From positions 62,001 through 126,000 of the IMG/VR virus record IMGVR_UViG_3300046171_000231: DNA of 64,000 bases. One strand, given 5' to 3'. This document shows positions 42,749 to 54,643 of the stretch, one piece after another. The position numbers and the translations under genes were made by a program. Under the pieces are notes generated by a model. That model saw only the letters and a list, made by a program, of their open reading frames with translations. It was not told the origin of the DNA and did not search any database. Numbering within the stretch: the stretch's first letter is position 1; each line of letters begins with the position of its first letter.

Positions 42749-43854
42749 TATGATACATCCCTCAATACATTTAACTCTTCCATTTTTTTACTACAGTATT
42801 CGATTATATTATCAATCGAAGAGGCAGAGTTTAACCACTCCTTATATTCAACAATACTATCATATATTGTTCTGCTTGGTTTCCAACCTAGACTTTCAAG
42901 TTTAGATATATCAGACCATATGTGTCTTGTATCTCCAAATCGATATTTGCCACAAGGTTTTGGTTCATAATCTTGAACACCAAATACTTCTGCAACTGTT
43001 TCTGCAAAATGTTTAACTGTAATCGGTGCACCTCCACCTACATTAAACATCTCATAATTGGCACGATCATCTTCTAATACTAGAAGGTTTGCATCAACTA
43101 CATCGTGAATGTTTACAAAGTCTCTGATTTGATTTCCATCTTCATATATCTGTGGTTCTTTACCTTGATGAAATGCAAGACAAAAAATACGACAAGCACC
43201 ACTATAAGCATTATAAAAACTTTGTCTTGAACCTTGTACGATTGAATATCTCATCGCAACTGAAGGTATACCATATCTCTTTCCTAATTGTAATGCAAAC
43301 ATTTCCTCTGCAATCTTACTCATTCCATACGGGTTCTGTGGATTTGATATTCTTTCTGGTGTTCTTGCACAATATATCTCTTTACCCTCTGGTGGTCTAG
43401 GCTCCCATATTCCTTTCTTTAAATCTTCCTCTAATCTCATATCTGGTAATAATTCATTACCATCAGAGTCAAGATATAATCCTTCTCCTAGTGTTGCTTG
43501 ACTACTTGCAACAATAACTTTTTGTATTGGTAACTTATGTCTTAAAATTATCTCGTATATGCTTGCAGTTGATGATACATTTACATCAACAAACTTTGAA
43601 AAGTAAGGTAAGTAATCCTGAAACGCAGCAAAATGAAAGATATAATCTACATCTTTCATCGCTTGTAGTAATATATTATGATCTGTTACACTTCCTGATA
43701 TCAGTTCAATACGTTCATCAAGATATTCTGGTTTATTTTTATGGACAGGTACTTCTAATGAATCAAGAACTTTAACATCATAACCTTTCTGTAGTAGTCT
43801 ATCAGCAGTATGAGATCCAATGAATCCTGCTCCACCTGTAATCAATACTTTCAT
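42748..43854 (-). CDS. NAD-dependent epimerase/dehydratase
   Basis: GGAGFIGS, YGMSK, EDGNQIRDFV, RFGDTRH. Confidence 0.88.
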   Translation of the reverse strand: MKVLITGGAGFIGSHTADRLLQKGYDVKVLDSLEVPVHKNKPEYLDERIELISGSVTDHNILLQAMKDVDYIFHFAAFQDYLPYFSKFVDVNVSSTASIYEIILRHKLPIQKVIVASSQATLGEGLYLDSDGNELLPDMRLEEDLKKGIWEPRPPEGKEIYCARTPERISNPQNPYGMSKIAEEMFALQLGKRYGIPSVAMRYSIVQGSRQSFYNAYSGACRIFCLAFHQGKEPQIYEDGNQIRDFVNIHDVVDANLLVLEDDRANYEMFNVGGGAPITVKHFAETVAEVFGVQDYEPKPCGKYRFGDTRHIWSDISKLESLGWKPSRTIYDSIVEYKEWLNSASSIDNIIEYCSKKMEELNVLRDVS

Positions 43855-44486
43855 TTTTTAATTGCAATAAATCCCTTACTCCTGCCTGGTGGGTCAGTAA
43901 GTATATAATCATTATAGAACTCAAACTCCCAATTGGCAAGTGTTTCACTCCACCATTCAGGTGGTCTAATATTCCAACACTCACGATGATAAAAATCACC
44001 CCAAGGTTCAGAGCAAGCAAGAACAGAACCTACAGGTGCAATCTTATCAATAGTTTTTATGATACCTAAAACATCATCATCTTCAAGATGAGCAAGGCAG
44101 CACATTGTAGAAAAGAATGTTGGTTTAGTTAATTTTAATTTTGATATTTCTTCTTCAGCAAATCCATTAACATATTTTACTTTTTTATTATCAGGATATA
44201 TTTTCTTTGCAATTTCAATTGCTTCTCCAGATGGTTCGATTGCGTACACCTTTTTATATTTTCTTTGCTCTACCAAATAGTTTGCAAACCATCCTGTACC
44301 AGATCCAATATCAACACCAGAAGTAAGTTCATACTTATCTAATGCATCACCGTGCGGTATATCTTCTTGATATAAAAATTTAAAATCATTACTATTATGT
44401 TCTAGGTGTGCTCTCTTTTCTTTTTCAAAAGCATCATCAAGAACATAGTTTTTATTATGTTGATTCAAAGAGTCAACGTTAGGCAC
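43851..44486 (-). CDS. class I SAM-dependent methyltransferase
   Basis: VDIGSGTG, AIEPS. Confidence 0.8.
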   Translation of the reverse strand: MPNVDSLNQHNKNYVLDDAFEKEKRAHLEHNSNDFKFLYQEDIPHGDALDKYELTSGVDIGSGTGWFANYLVEQRKYKKVYAIEPSGEAIEIAKKIYPDNKKVKYVNGFAEEEISKLKLTKPTFFSTMCCLAHLEDDDVLGIIKTIDKIAPVGSVLACSEPWGDFYHRECWNIRPPEWWSETLANWEFEFYNDYILTDPPGRSKGFIAIKK

Positions 44487-45580
44487 TTGCAGCCTCCCGA
44501 TACAATTCCATAAACCTACTTATAATAGATGGCACATCGTATATTTCTCTATATCTTTTCTCTGCGTTTAATTTACAAACAACGTAGTAATTTTTATTAC
44601 ACATTAAATTTTTCATTGCTTCAGAATATTCTTGATAATCTTCAACAACTTCACCTGCATCACCTATCTGCTCTTTCTGTCCCATACTTGGTGCGGTATG
44701 ACTTATCATAGGTAAATGATGTGATAGTCCTTCAATAATTGAACTTGAACATTGTTCACCATCAGACCTTCCGTGTGCATAAACATTCAGTGTATTTAAA
44801 AACTTATGAATCAAATTTATATCACTTGTCGTATCTAAAAATTTAACATTCTTTAGTTGATAATCTTTTGCTTGTTTACGATGATTTGTACTACCACCTA
44901 AAATTAAAAATGCAGTATCATCACTTTGTATTTCTTCGTATGCATCTAATGGCATTGGTGAAAAGATATGCATATCGTTTCTTTGATGCATACCAAATAC
45001 AAACTTATCTTCCCATCCAAACTCTTCAATGTAAGATGTTGTATCATACTCTGGAACTTCAACAGGAACAGGAATAATTACACCTCTCTGTGGACTACCA
45101 CCTGCCTGTACCCATTTAGATTTTTGTTCTTGAGATATTAAAACTGTGCGATAGACATTAGCTTTGTCTTCACCCATACCTGCAAGATGAATACTATCAA
45201 TAATAGGTGTCTTATTAATATGAATGAATGGATATTCTGGATGTCCAGAACGACCAGTTTGTATTACATCATAATTATCTTCATTAAAAAAATCAAAGAA
45301 ATTAGTATTCACCCAATCGTGAGTTGGTTTAGTTACATCTTTAAATTCAACATCAAACTTGATTAGATTTACACCGTGAGATTTTGTATACTCAACTCTT
45401 GATTCATCGGTATCAAGATGTTTAAAATCTGAACCAATATAAGGTGCAGCATCACAATAAAAGAAAGTCAACTTGAAACTCATCTTTTGGTAAATGTGCA
45501 GCAATAGTTTGTAGATACTTTTCGGTTCCACCATTTGCCATACCACCAAATTTTATAAACGCAACTTTAATTTTTTCCAT
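44479..45580 (-). CDS. glycosyltransferase family 4 (1-nt insertion at ~45465)
   Basis: Reconstructed N-terminus MEKIKVAFIKFGGMANGGTEK, C-terminal GEQCSSSIIEGL. Confidence 0.75.
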
Positions 45581-46469
45581 TTAATCTATCTCTCAATTGT
45601 GGGATGTGCCATACATTTAAATCCTTGAAGTATTCTACCCCATATTCATCAAAATGTCTATAGATGTCTGGTAGTAGGTTCTTTCTCATAAAATATTTCT
45701 CATTCCATTCTGGGTCAAAGTTAGGTATATCTGGGAGTGGAATATTCTCAATCCATTCTTCTGGCATCTGTGTCATACCTACATTATCCTCTAGCATAGT
45801 GATACTATACTTATTATTGATTTCGTGTATTGCTCCTTGACCTTTTTGAACAAGTTCTCCTATCTGACACCAAGCTTGTTTTAATTGGAAATTGTTATAG
45901 AAACTAAACTGATAATGTAGTACAGCACCGTGTTCTAATTCTAAAGTTCTTTGTGTTTCATCTGTATTGGGTCCTATAGTTCTACCTTCACACATATATC
46001 CATAGTTGTAATCTAATGAAGTATCATCACGAACAATAAAATCTTTAAAGTTATTACTCCAAACTGTGTAATCATTTCTAAAATGAGTACAACTTTTCCA
46101 GAGTGCTAACCATTGCATTCTAACTTTTTCACCTGGTTCTAATTGTTCCATTATTTCTCTCGCAATTGGAACAAAATTGGATGTAAAAGTTTCATCAGCA
46201 TCAAGACAAACAAAGTGTGTACCACCTGCTTCACGACCATAGTTAAAAAGATGTTGACGAATCAAACCACAAGTCCATCCACCCTTTAGTTTTTCAGTAT
46301 CATCATATCCTTTGACAATCACTCCTGCATCTTCCATAATCTTACGGGAGTTATCTGTTGAGTGGTCATCAACAGCAATTATTTCATCACATATCGGTTT
46401 AACATTTGATAAGTATGTTGGAAGAAAATACTCTTCATTTTTAAATGGTATTAGTCCAATTACTTTCAT
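45567..46469 (-). CDS. glycosyltransferase family 2
   Basis: IPFKNEE...VDDHSTDNS...LDADE. Confidence 0.8.
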   Translation of the reverse strand: MKVIGLIPFKNEEYFLPTYLSNVKPICDEIIAVDDHSTDNSRKIMEDAGVIVKGYDDTEKLKGGWTCGLIRQHLFNYGREAGGTHFVCLDADETFTSNFVPIAREIMEQLEPGEKVRMQWLALWKSCTHFRNDYTVWSNNFKDFIVRDDTSLDYNYGYMCEGRTIGPNTDETQRTLELEHGAVLHYQFSFYNNFQLKQAWCQIGELVQKGQGAIHEINNKYSITMLEDNVGMTQMPEEWIENIPLPDIPNFDPEWNEKYFMRKNLLPDIYRHFDEYGVEYFKDLNVWHIPQLRDRLNGKN

Positions 46470-47092
46470 TTTAAATACACTCCAAAACCTGTATCATTAT
46501 GTGCCCATTCAGTTACATCATACTTATAAGTATAGTCTAACTCTGTATGAAATCTCCACTTCGTGCGACCAGGCATAGATGGACGTATATCATCAACTAA
46601 CATTACACAATCATCTTTCATATATTGTTTCCATACTATTAACTCTGACAATACTTGTTCATAAGTATGAATAGTATCTAAAAATATCATTGAGATGCTT
46701 TTCTTTTCAAAAGTTTTTGATACTCTTTCAGAATCTAAAGCATCAAAATCATTGAGTATATGAACTCTAGAGTCATTCTTTATCTTATCATTTACAAAAC
46801 GAACGTCATCTACAATATCTAATGTATAGAACTCACTGTTAGGTTGAAGTGCATCATAAATGGAGAGTATTCCAAGTCCTTCACGATTACCTAATTCAAC
46901 AATAGTTCCTTCAATATTAGATGTGAGGTTATGTAATAAAGAAAAGTATCCATGATTTCCATCCTTATTAAATATGAAAACATTGTAGACATTATCATTA
47001 CGAATTAAATCTGCAAGTGATTCATCATTCCATTTGATATATGGACTACTCTGAGTTTCAGAAATTATTTTTTCAAGTGTTGTGTGATTCAT
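46466..47092 (-). CDS. SAM-dependent methyltransferase (Methyltransf_24-like)
   Basis: VELGNREG, IFLDTIHTYEQV, LVDDI. Confidence 0.7.
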   Translation of the reverse strand: MNHTTLEKIISETQSSPYIKWNDESLADLIRNDNVYNVFIFNKDGNHGYFSLLHNLTSNIEGTIVELGNREGLGILSIYDALQPNSEFYTLDIVDDVRFVNDKIKNDSRVHILNDFDALDSERVSKTFEKKSISMIFLDTIHTYEQVLSELIVWKQYMKDDCVMLVDDIRPSMPGRTKWRFHTELDYTYKYDVTEWAHNDTGFGVYLK

Positions 47093-47865
47093 CTAAAATT
47101 AGAAACAGGAATTTTTTCTTCATCAACAATTATATTTCCCACATCATATGCTCTTGTATATGGTACAAGATGAGGATCTAAAACTCTTATGTTATAACGA
47201 AGTTCAATTACTGTTCTTTCAATTGGCTGTTTACTATCAGGTTTTGTGCTTTGACCTAATCCTTCATTAAGATAATAACCAAGATTTATTGGTAGATGTA
47301 AACCTTTAGCATTGAAAGCAAGTCTTAATGCTAAATCATAATCAGCACCTTGAACTAACTGTTCATCAAATACACCAGACTTTTCAAGTAATGATTTACG
47401 AAACATAAAGTATGGACCTAAAATCATACCTGTTTTAAGTTCATCTTCTCTTCCTGTCTCATCAACATATTGTCCTTCTGTACTACCAAATCTAGGAACT
47501 ATAACATAATTACCATATACAAAATCAACATCAGGATTTTCATCCAATGCCTTTGCCATCACTTCAATTGAATCTGGTGTTCTTAAATCATCTACATTCC
47601 AAATACAAAGATAATCACCTGTTGCATATTCAATACAACGATTCATAGATGTACCAATAGGGTCAACACCTTCTACTTTAATATGTAAAATATTATCATA
47701 CTCTTCATTATATTCTTCGACCAGTTTAACTTCTTCATCTGAAGGGTCATTGTGGTCTAAAACAATCTCTAAATCTTTATGAGTTTGTGTGGAAAGATTA
47801 TCTAAAAAACCCTTCATATACTTGCTCATATTATAGCAAGGAGTAATGGTGCTTACTTTAGTCAT
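47089..47865 (-). CDS. glycosyltransferase family 2
   Basis: TITPCYN, ATGDYL..WNVDD, GADYDLALR. Confidence 0.85.
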   Translation of the reverse strand: MTKVSTITPCYNMSKYMKGFLDNLSTQTHKDLEIVLDHNDPSDEEVKLVEEYNEEYDNILHIKVEGVDPIGTSMNRCIEYATGDYLCIWNVDDLRTPDSIEVMAKALDENPDVDFVYGNYVIVPRFGSTEGQYVDETGREDELKTGMILGPYFMFRKSLLEKSGVFDEQLVQGADYDLALRLAFNAKGLHLPINLGYYLNEGLGQSTKPDSKQPIERTVIELRYNIRVLDPHLVPYTRAYDVGNIIVDEEKIPVSNFR

Positions 47866-48706
47866 AATTTTTTTTCATTGCTTCAAATACTTTTGCAATG
47901 CCAGTTTCTAAATCAGTTTTTGGAGACCAGTATTTTTCAATGAAACGGTCTGCTTCATTTCTTTTATCAAGTTGAACAGAGTCACTTGCTTGACCTGGTA
48001 GAATATTAATTGGTTTACCAATTAATTTAAATTCATTTTCTATTATTATAGCAACTTCACGAATAGATGTATAGTCAAAGTTAGTGATATGTAACGGGTC
48101 GTTAGCATAGAACTCATCATAATTTTTCATTACAGCTTCTAGTCCTTCACAACAATCTTCTGCGTATAAAAACTGTCTAACTTCTTCACCATCTGTCATC
48201 ATCTCAAAGTCACCTTCTTCAAATCCTTTTCTAATAAAGTCTGTGATTACGTGTGCTTTATCGTGGTCTTTTTCAATACCATATACATTCCAGAACTTTA
48301 CGATTAATCCACCAAGTGATTCAGTATATAATTCACCGACTCTTTTCAAAGTTCCATATGGTGAGTAACTCATATTACTCATTTGAGATGATGCGAATAC
48401 AAATGGTTTATCATATTCTTGTAGAAGACCAAATGCATTTGCCATCAATCTTGTATTGTTATTCACAAAATCAAATGTATGCTGATACTTTTTAAGATAC
48501 CTAGAACCACCTACATCAAACGCAAGAAAGAAAACAAAGTCACTTTCCATAATCGCATTGCGAAGATATGTATTAGGAATGTGAGTCATATCCTGATGCT
48601 CACCATTTACCATATCAAACTCTCTTACAATATGTCCTTTCTTTGAAAGATACTCTGAAAGATATGCACCGATTTGACCACTTGAACCTAAAACGGTTAT
48701 TATCAT
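47858..48706 (-). CDS. NAD-dependent epimerase/dehydratase
   Basis: LGSSGQIG, YGTLK, WNVYG, DGEEVRQFLYAED. Confidence 0.8.
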   Translation of the reverse strand: MIITVLGSSGQIGAYLSEYLSKKGHIVREFDMVNGEHQDMTHIPNTYLRNAIMESDFVFFLAFDVGGSRYLKKYQHTFDFVNNNTRLMANAFGLLQEYDKPFVFASSQMSNMSYSPYGTLKRVGELYTESLGGLIVKFWNVYGIEKDHDKAHVITDFIRKGFEEGDFEMMTDGEEVRQFLYAEDCCEGLEAVMKNYDEFYANDPLHITNFDYTSIREVAIIIENEFKLIGKPINILPGQASDSVQLDKRNEADRFIEKYWSPKTDLETGIAKVFEAMKKNYD

Positions 48707-49752
48707 TGATCCATCCATTTCATAAACCTACTAAATGGATTTAATTTAGGTTCAACAACCTCTTCTACTACTGGTTTATTTCCCATCTGATTCTCATTTA
48801 TCCAGTCATATGTTTTCTTAATACCTTCTTCAAGTGTCATTGTATAATTCCAATCTAACTTCTCTTTAATTAAATCGTTATTTGAATTACGACCACGAAC
48901 ACCTAACGGACCTTCAATATGATTTCTTCTCTACTTTTTTATCTGCTGCCTTTGCTGCAATATCTACAAGTCCATTGATAGATACCATTTCTTCTGAACC
49001 TATATTCACAGGACCAGTAAAGTCTGATTGAACTAATCTATAGGTTGCTTCGACGCATTCATCAACGAACAAGAAGGAACGAGTTTGTAAGCCATCTCCC
49101 CACACCTCAATAGTTCCACCTTCCTGTGGGAGTTCAGCAACTTTGCGACAGATTGCTGCAGGAGCTTTTTCTCTTCCACCTGTCCAAGTTCCTTCGGGAC
49201 CGAAGATATTATGATATCTGGCAATGCGAACAGGAACATCGTAGTTACGATGATAAGAAAGGTATAACCTTTCAGAGAAAAGTTTTTCCCAACCATATTC
49301 TGAATCTGGATTGGCAGGGTAGGCAGTATCTTCACGGCAGTCTGGTGTGTTTGGGTCTAGTTGATTATGCTCTGGGTACATACACGCAGAGGATGAAAAG
49401 AATATCTTTGGTTTATAATCTTTGACGTTTCTAAGTATGTTTAGATTGAATGACTTGCAGAGTTATTCATTACATCTGCATCGTGTTCTCCTGTAAAAAT
49501 ATATCCTGCTCCACCCATATCAGCAGCAAACTGATATATCTCATCAAACTCTATATTAGTTACATCTTTGCAAAATGCTTGGTCTGTTAAATCACCAGTT
49601 AGAAATTCATCTGCTTCTGTTCCAGAAAAATCTGGTTCTTTTACATCTGCACCTCTTACCCAGTATCCTTCTAACTTGAGTTTCCTTACCATATGACTTC
49701 CGATGAAGCCACCTGCACCACAAACAAGTGCTTTTTTAGTTTCAGTTTCCAT
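48703..49752 (-). CDS. GDP-mannose 3,5-epimerase-like SDR (insertions at ~49450-49457 and ~48924)
   Basis: GAGGFIGS, AADMGGAGYI, SSSACMYP, YGWEK, GGREKAPAAICRK, GPLGVRGRNSNN. Confidence 0.85.
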
Positions 49753-49769
49753 AATCTATTTCACTCCTT

Positions 49770-50708
49770 TTATATAGAACGTAAATTAGACTCGTTATTT
49801 TTCATCCACTCATAGGTAGATTCAAGTCCTTCTCGTAAACTAATCTTCGGTTCCCATCCCAAAGATTTCATTTTATCTACATTCAAAACCTTTCTTGGAG
49901 TTCCATTTGGTTTTGATGTATCCCATTCATAATCGTTCTTATATCCAGTAACTTCAACTATCATCTCTGCAAGTTCTTTGATTGTTACATCTTCTCCTGT
50001 TCCAATATTAATTATCTCTTCACTGTCATATCTTTCCATACAAACTAATAATGCTGCTGCTAAATCATCAACGTGTAGAAATTCTCTTTTTGCAGAACCA
50101 TCACCCCATAGTTTTACAACCCAATGCTTACTCTTTTCTAATGAACCGTGAAACTTTGAAAGTAAAGATGGTAGAACGTGTCCATAATTATGATCAAAAT
50201 TATCATTCGGTCCGTATAAATTAGTCGGCATTACTGCGATTCGCATTCAAACCATACTGTTTACGATATGCCTGACACATTTTGATACCTGCAATTTTAG
50301 CGATTGCATATGCATCATTGCTTGGTTCTAGATAACCTGATAGTAATTGGTCTTCTGTGATTGGTTGCTTTGCTAACTTTGGATAAATGCAAGAAGAACC
50401 TAGAAATAGTAACTTTCGAACACCAACCATTGCTGCACAACTGATAACATTTGATTGAATCATCAGATTCTCATATATGAAATCAGCAGGATAATCAGCG
50501 TTACCACCAATACCACCTACCTTTGCTGCTGCAAGAAAGACATACTCTGGTTGTTCCATCATAAAGAACATCTTAACATCTTTCTGGTCAGTCAAATCAC
50601 ATTGAAAACGACTCACAGGTTATGATGTTTGTAAAACCTTGAGATTCTAAATGACGAACGATTGCAGAACCAACTAGTCCGTTATGTCCTGCAACAAATA
50701 TTTTTGAA

Positions 50709-50719
<11 letters not shown>
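49770..50719 (-). CDS. fcl: GDP-L-fucose synthase (insertions at ~50618 and ~50240)
   Basis: [55 protein letters not shown]. Confidence 0.9.
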
Positions 50720-51721
<1,002 letters not shown>

Positions 51722-51727
51722 AGTCAC

Positions 51728-51756
51728 ATAATAAAGTATAAAGTATTAATTGTCAA
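51728..51756 (-). promoter_or_regulatory. sigma70-type promoter of gmd and the glycan operon
   Basis: TTGACA-17-TATTAT, ending 6 nt before the ATG. Confidence 0.65.
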
Positions 51757-52091
51757 TCTCTCCCGTGGTCATCTTCAAACCTTTCAATGTCATCCTCTTC
51801 AAGATAAGGACCACTTTGAACCTCAATGATTTTAAGTGGTATCTTGCCAGGATTTGACAAACGATGCTTACATCCCAGAGGAATGTATGTGCTTTGGTTC
51901 TCACCAATCAACTGTCTTGCATCATTTAATTGAACTTCTGCTGTTCCACTGACAACAATCCAATGCTCTGTTCGATGGTGATGCTTCTGAAGGGATAATC
52001 TATGACCTGGTTTAACTTCAATGTTTTTGACTTTAAATCTATCACCTTGATCAATTACTTCATACCAACCCCAAGGTCGTTCTTCCTTCAT
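51753..52091 (-). CDS. mannose-6-phosphate isomerase type II cupin domain
   Basis: ERPWGWY...[13 protein letters not shown]...HRLSNPG...IEVQSG.YLEEDDI.R. Confidence 0.9.
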   Translation of the reverse strand: MKEERPWGWYEVIDQGDRFKVKNIEVKPGHRLSLQKHHHRTEHWIVVSGTAEVQLNDARQLIGENQSTYIPLGCKHRLSNPGKIPLKIIEVQSGPYLEEDDIERFEDDHGRD

Positions 52092-52291
52092 TTCTTAAAG
52101 TACTTGTTTATCATATCAATTTGATCTTGATACTTTGCAATCATATCAAGTTCTTGTTCGATTGCTTCAACTATATTTGAGTGCTCACCAATCCCTGCAG
52201 GATTAGTTAGATACACTTCTACGTTTGCAACGTGTTTTTGTATGTCACCTTGAGCGTGGGCTAAAAGTGCTTTGATTAGTTGTTCTCTCAT
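52088..52291 (-). CDS. conserved cyanophage hypothetical protein
   Basis: [15 protein letters not shown]...[12 protein letters not shown] overlaps. Confidence 0.7.
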   Translation of the reverse strand: MREQLIKALLAHAQGDIQKHVANVEVYLTNPAGIGEHSNIVEAIEQELDMIAKYQDQIDMINKYFKK

Positions 52292-52508
52292 TCTTTTACG
52301 TAACAGGGTACTCCTTCTGGGTCTAACCATTTTGTATACTCAAGGTCTTCGATACACATATCGAATTGAATTGAGTTATCACAAAGGTACATATCAGTAT
52401 ACCTCTCAGTATATGTATTGTACTTTTGAATACGGTAATCTGGTTGACCGTTCTCTAATTTCCTTTCGTAACAAAGCGATAGGGATACCTTTCAAGAATA
52501 ACATCCAT
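52288..52508 (-). CDS. conserved cyanophage hypothetical protein (1-nt indel at ~52460)
   Basis: MDVILERYPYRFV...ENGQPDYRIQKY...DMYLCDN...EYTKWLDPEGVPCY. Confidence 0.6.
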
Positions 52509-52532
52509 GATGTTTCATAATAATATACTACT

Positions 52533-52560
52533 ATTATACACCATAATACTGTCTAGTCAA
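52533..52560 (-). promoter_or_regulatory. sigma70-type promoter
   Basis: TTGACT-16-TATAAT. Confidence 0.6.
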
Positions 52561-52568
52561 GCAAAAAG

Positions 52569-52856
52569 TTATATATTTTCTCCTCTATATGCAGGGATAT
52601 CTCCGTCATCATCATCTTCATCTTCATCAAATTCTTCTGGTGTAAATACTAATAACTCCTCTCCTGTCTTTACACCTTCCATCTCTGGATGTGGTGCTGG
52701 CATCTTATATGGTTTCATTGCATCGCCATATGATTTGACAGGTTTCTTATCCATCTCTGATAATGTACTTGTCATCATCTTAAACATAAACGCAAAGGTA
52801 GCAGCAAATAGTGCTACAAAAAACACAAGATAGATAAAAATTAGAGTATCATTCAT
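52569..52856 (-). CDS. DUF2973-like membrane protein
   Basis: N-terminal TM helix, PHPEM...GEELLVF, acidic tail. Confidence 0.65.
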   Translation of the reverse strand: MNDTLIFIYLVFFVALFAATFAFMFKMMTSTLSEMDKKPVKSYGDAMKPYKMPAPHPEMEGVKTGEELLVFTPEEFDEDEDDDDGDIPAYRGENI

Positions 52857-53239
52857 CGATGAAATATTTTTTGAATAGGAACTTGTCGTATTCTATCTAT
52901 AACATCAGTCTCTACCTTATCTGCAATCCTCTCCAAGATATTAACATCTAAATCCATGAATGGTGGAACGATTCCTAACACTCTTAACAAACCATCTACA
53001 AACAAAGCAAGAGCAGTGAATCCTAGAATCATACTGAGAACTGTAGCATCACGATTATGCTTTGCCATTGACTCTTCATCAATCTTCCGTGCTTCATCTA
53101 CTGCTTCTTTAACAGCATCAGAAATTAATTCATCTACTTCATCTTTGGTGTAGGTGTACTTTCTTATCTTCTCCTCCGTGACTGTTCTCTCTACAGGAAC
53201 GTCGGACAAAGGAAACTCTGTGATTAGTGCTTTGAACAT
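52853..53239 (-). CDS. conserved membrane protein
   Basis: KHNRDATVLSMILGFTALALFVDGLLR. Confidence 0.65.
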   Translation of the reverse strand: MFKALITEFPLSDVPVERTVTEEKIRKYTYTKDEVDELISDAVKEAVDEARKIDEESMAKHNRDATVLSMILGFTALALFVDGLLRVLGIVPPFMDLDVNILERIADKVETDVIDRIRQVPIQKIFHR

Positions 53240-53272
53240 ATCGGATTGCTTTTTATTATGTATTATATCATA

Positions 53273-53419
53273 TCATCTCGTAACCACCACTATATGGTCG
53301 TTTCGCCATTTTTTTGTCTGTTTCTCCTGTAAGTCAGCAATCTTCTTGAGGGTTTCCTGACTTTTCTTAATTTCGTCTATCTTTTTTTGAACTTCATCGA
53401 GTTCCTTTTTGATATCCAT
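53273..53419 (-). CDS. 48-aa coiled-coil protein
   Basis: MDIKKELDEVQKKIDEIKKSQETLKKIADLQ. Confidence 0.5.
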   Translation of the reverse strand: MDIKKELDEVQKKIDEIKKSQETLKKIADLQEKQTKKWRNDHIVVVTR

Positions 53420-53495
53420 TCGTCTCTAAAATGCTTCCCTTATGACCTCCTCACGTATAGAAAAGAGTGGTGAGTTCTGGTCTAAGTGTAATTAT

Positions 53496-53749
53496 TTAGC
53501 GGACTTCAAAGTCTAACTTGCGTATTTTACGCTTACTACGCTCTTCTTGCCACTCAATTTGCTCTGTAGATAACCCACTTCTTTCATTCACAGAGTAGGT
53601 ATTTAACATAATAACTTGCCCTAAATCAACAGCAGATATCACATCCCCTTTGATGGTTGTCATATTTCACAACCACAACAAACTGATTTTCCTGCAGCAG
53701 CCTTTATCTCTTTTCCACAAGGTCTACACCTTACTCTTATTGGTTCCAT
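53496..53749 (-). CDS. zinc-ribbon hypothetical protein (1-nt deletion at ~53665)
   Basis: VRCRPCGKE...CCGC.NM...SAVDLGQV...KRKIRKLDFEVR. Confidence 0.6.
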
Positions 53750-53795
53750 CTTTAACATTCTAACCTTTGCTTCATTCACTTGTTTTTATTATATA

Positions 53796-53951
53796 TTATT
53801 TTAAATCTATTTGCCTACACACCATATAAGTTTTTATCGCCTTACAGGAGAATGCTTTCTCTTTACTTAATAAAAAAATGATAGAGGTCAGTTGAACCAA
53901 AATGGCAACTGGAACCACTACCTTTAAAATTATCTTTGCTTTACTAGTCAT
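53796..53951 (-). CDS. 51-aa membrane protein
   Basis: TM segment followed by a Cys pair. Confidence 0.45.
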   Translation of the reverse strand: MTSKAKIILKVVVPVAILVQLTSIIFLLSKEKAFSCKAIKTYMVCRQIDLK

Positions 53952-53981
53952 CACAAAATGTTACGATATCATAACTATATA

Positions 53982-54125
53982 TCACCAATCATCTTCCATT
54001 TCTATTTGCTGTACAGGACAAGGTGGTGCTGTTCTGTGATAATTAACGTGTAGCAACTCTATGAACACAAGAGCACAAACCAATATCATATTGATCTGAA
54101 ACAACGGATGCTTGAGTAAATTCAT
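53982..54125 (-). CDS. 47-aa membrane protein
   Basis: MNLLKHPLFQINMILVCALVFIELLH. Confidence 0.55.
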   Translation of the reverse strand: MNLLKHPLFQINMILVCALVFIELLHVNYHRTAPPCPVQQIEMEDDW

Positions 54126-54130
54126 TATAT

Positions 54131-54160
54131 AAAAAAAGACCCCTACTATGTAGAGGTCTT
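54131..54160 (-). terminator. intrinsic terminator
   Basis: AAGACCTCTAC-ATA-GTAGGGGTCTTTTTTT. Confidence 0.85.
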
Positions 54161-54180
54161 TGTAAAGTCGTTACTTTAAT

Positions 54181-54540
54181 TTAGAAAACGAACTTAACAC
54201 CTGCTTTAGCAGAGAAGTCAACATCGTCACTAGGAGTTGTTACACCAGAGATTTCTCCGTAGAACTTATCATAAGAACCACCAAGGTATCCAATGAATTC
54301 TACATCACCGAACTCATCAGAAGTTTCTGTATGAGTTACTGTTGGACCACCAGAAACGTACCAACCGATTCCTGACTCTGTTGCTCCCTCATATCCAACT
54401 ACTGCTTCAAGACCACCAGATGTATATGCTCCATCAGGATATGATCCACTTGCTTCCAAATTAACGTATGGACCAGCAAAGGCTGCACCTGCGAATAGGA
54501 AAGGGGTTGCTGCTACTGCAGCGATTGTTGATTTAATCAT
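54181..54540 (-). CDS. DUF680-like exported beta-barrel protein
   Basis: Signal peptide ending AFA/GPYVN, alternating beta strands, C-terminal AGVKFVF. Confidence 0.75.
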   Translation of the reverse strand: MIKSTIAAVAATPFLFAGAAFAGPYVNLEASGSYPDGAYTSGGLEAVVGYEGATESGIGWYVSGGPTVTHTETSDEFGDVEFIGYLGGSYDKFYGEISGVTTPSDDVDFSAKAGVKFVF

Positions 54541-54567
54541 TTTTGTTTATAGTATCTCGCTAGGCAT

Positions 54568-54643
54568 TAAAAAACCTGCGGATGGAAATTCTTTCGACTA
54601 GAATTTTACATTCTACGCAGGGTTACGATCTTTCGAGTCCTTT
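54568..54643 (-). promoter_or_regulatory. structured 5' leader: conserved hairpin (copy 2) plus terminator-like stem
   Basis: AAAGGACTCGAAAGATCGTAACCCTGCG...CGCAGGTTTTTT. Confidence 0.6.
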
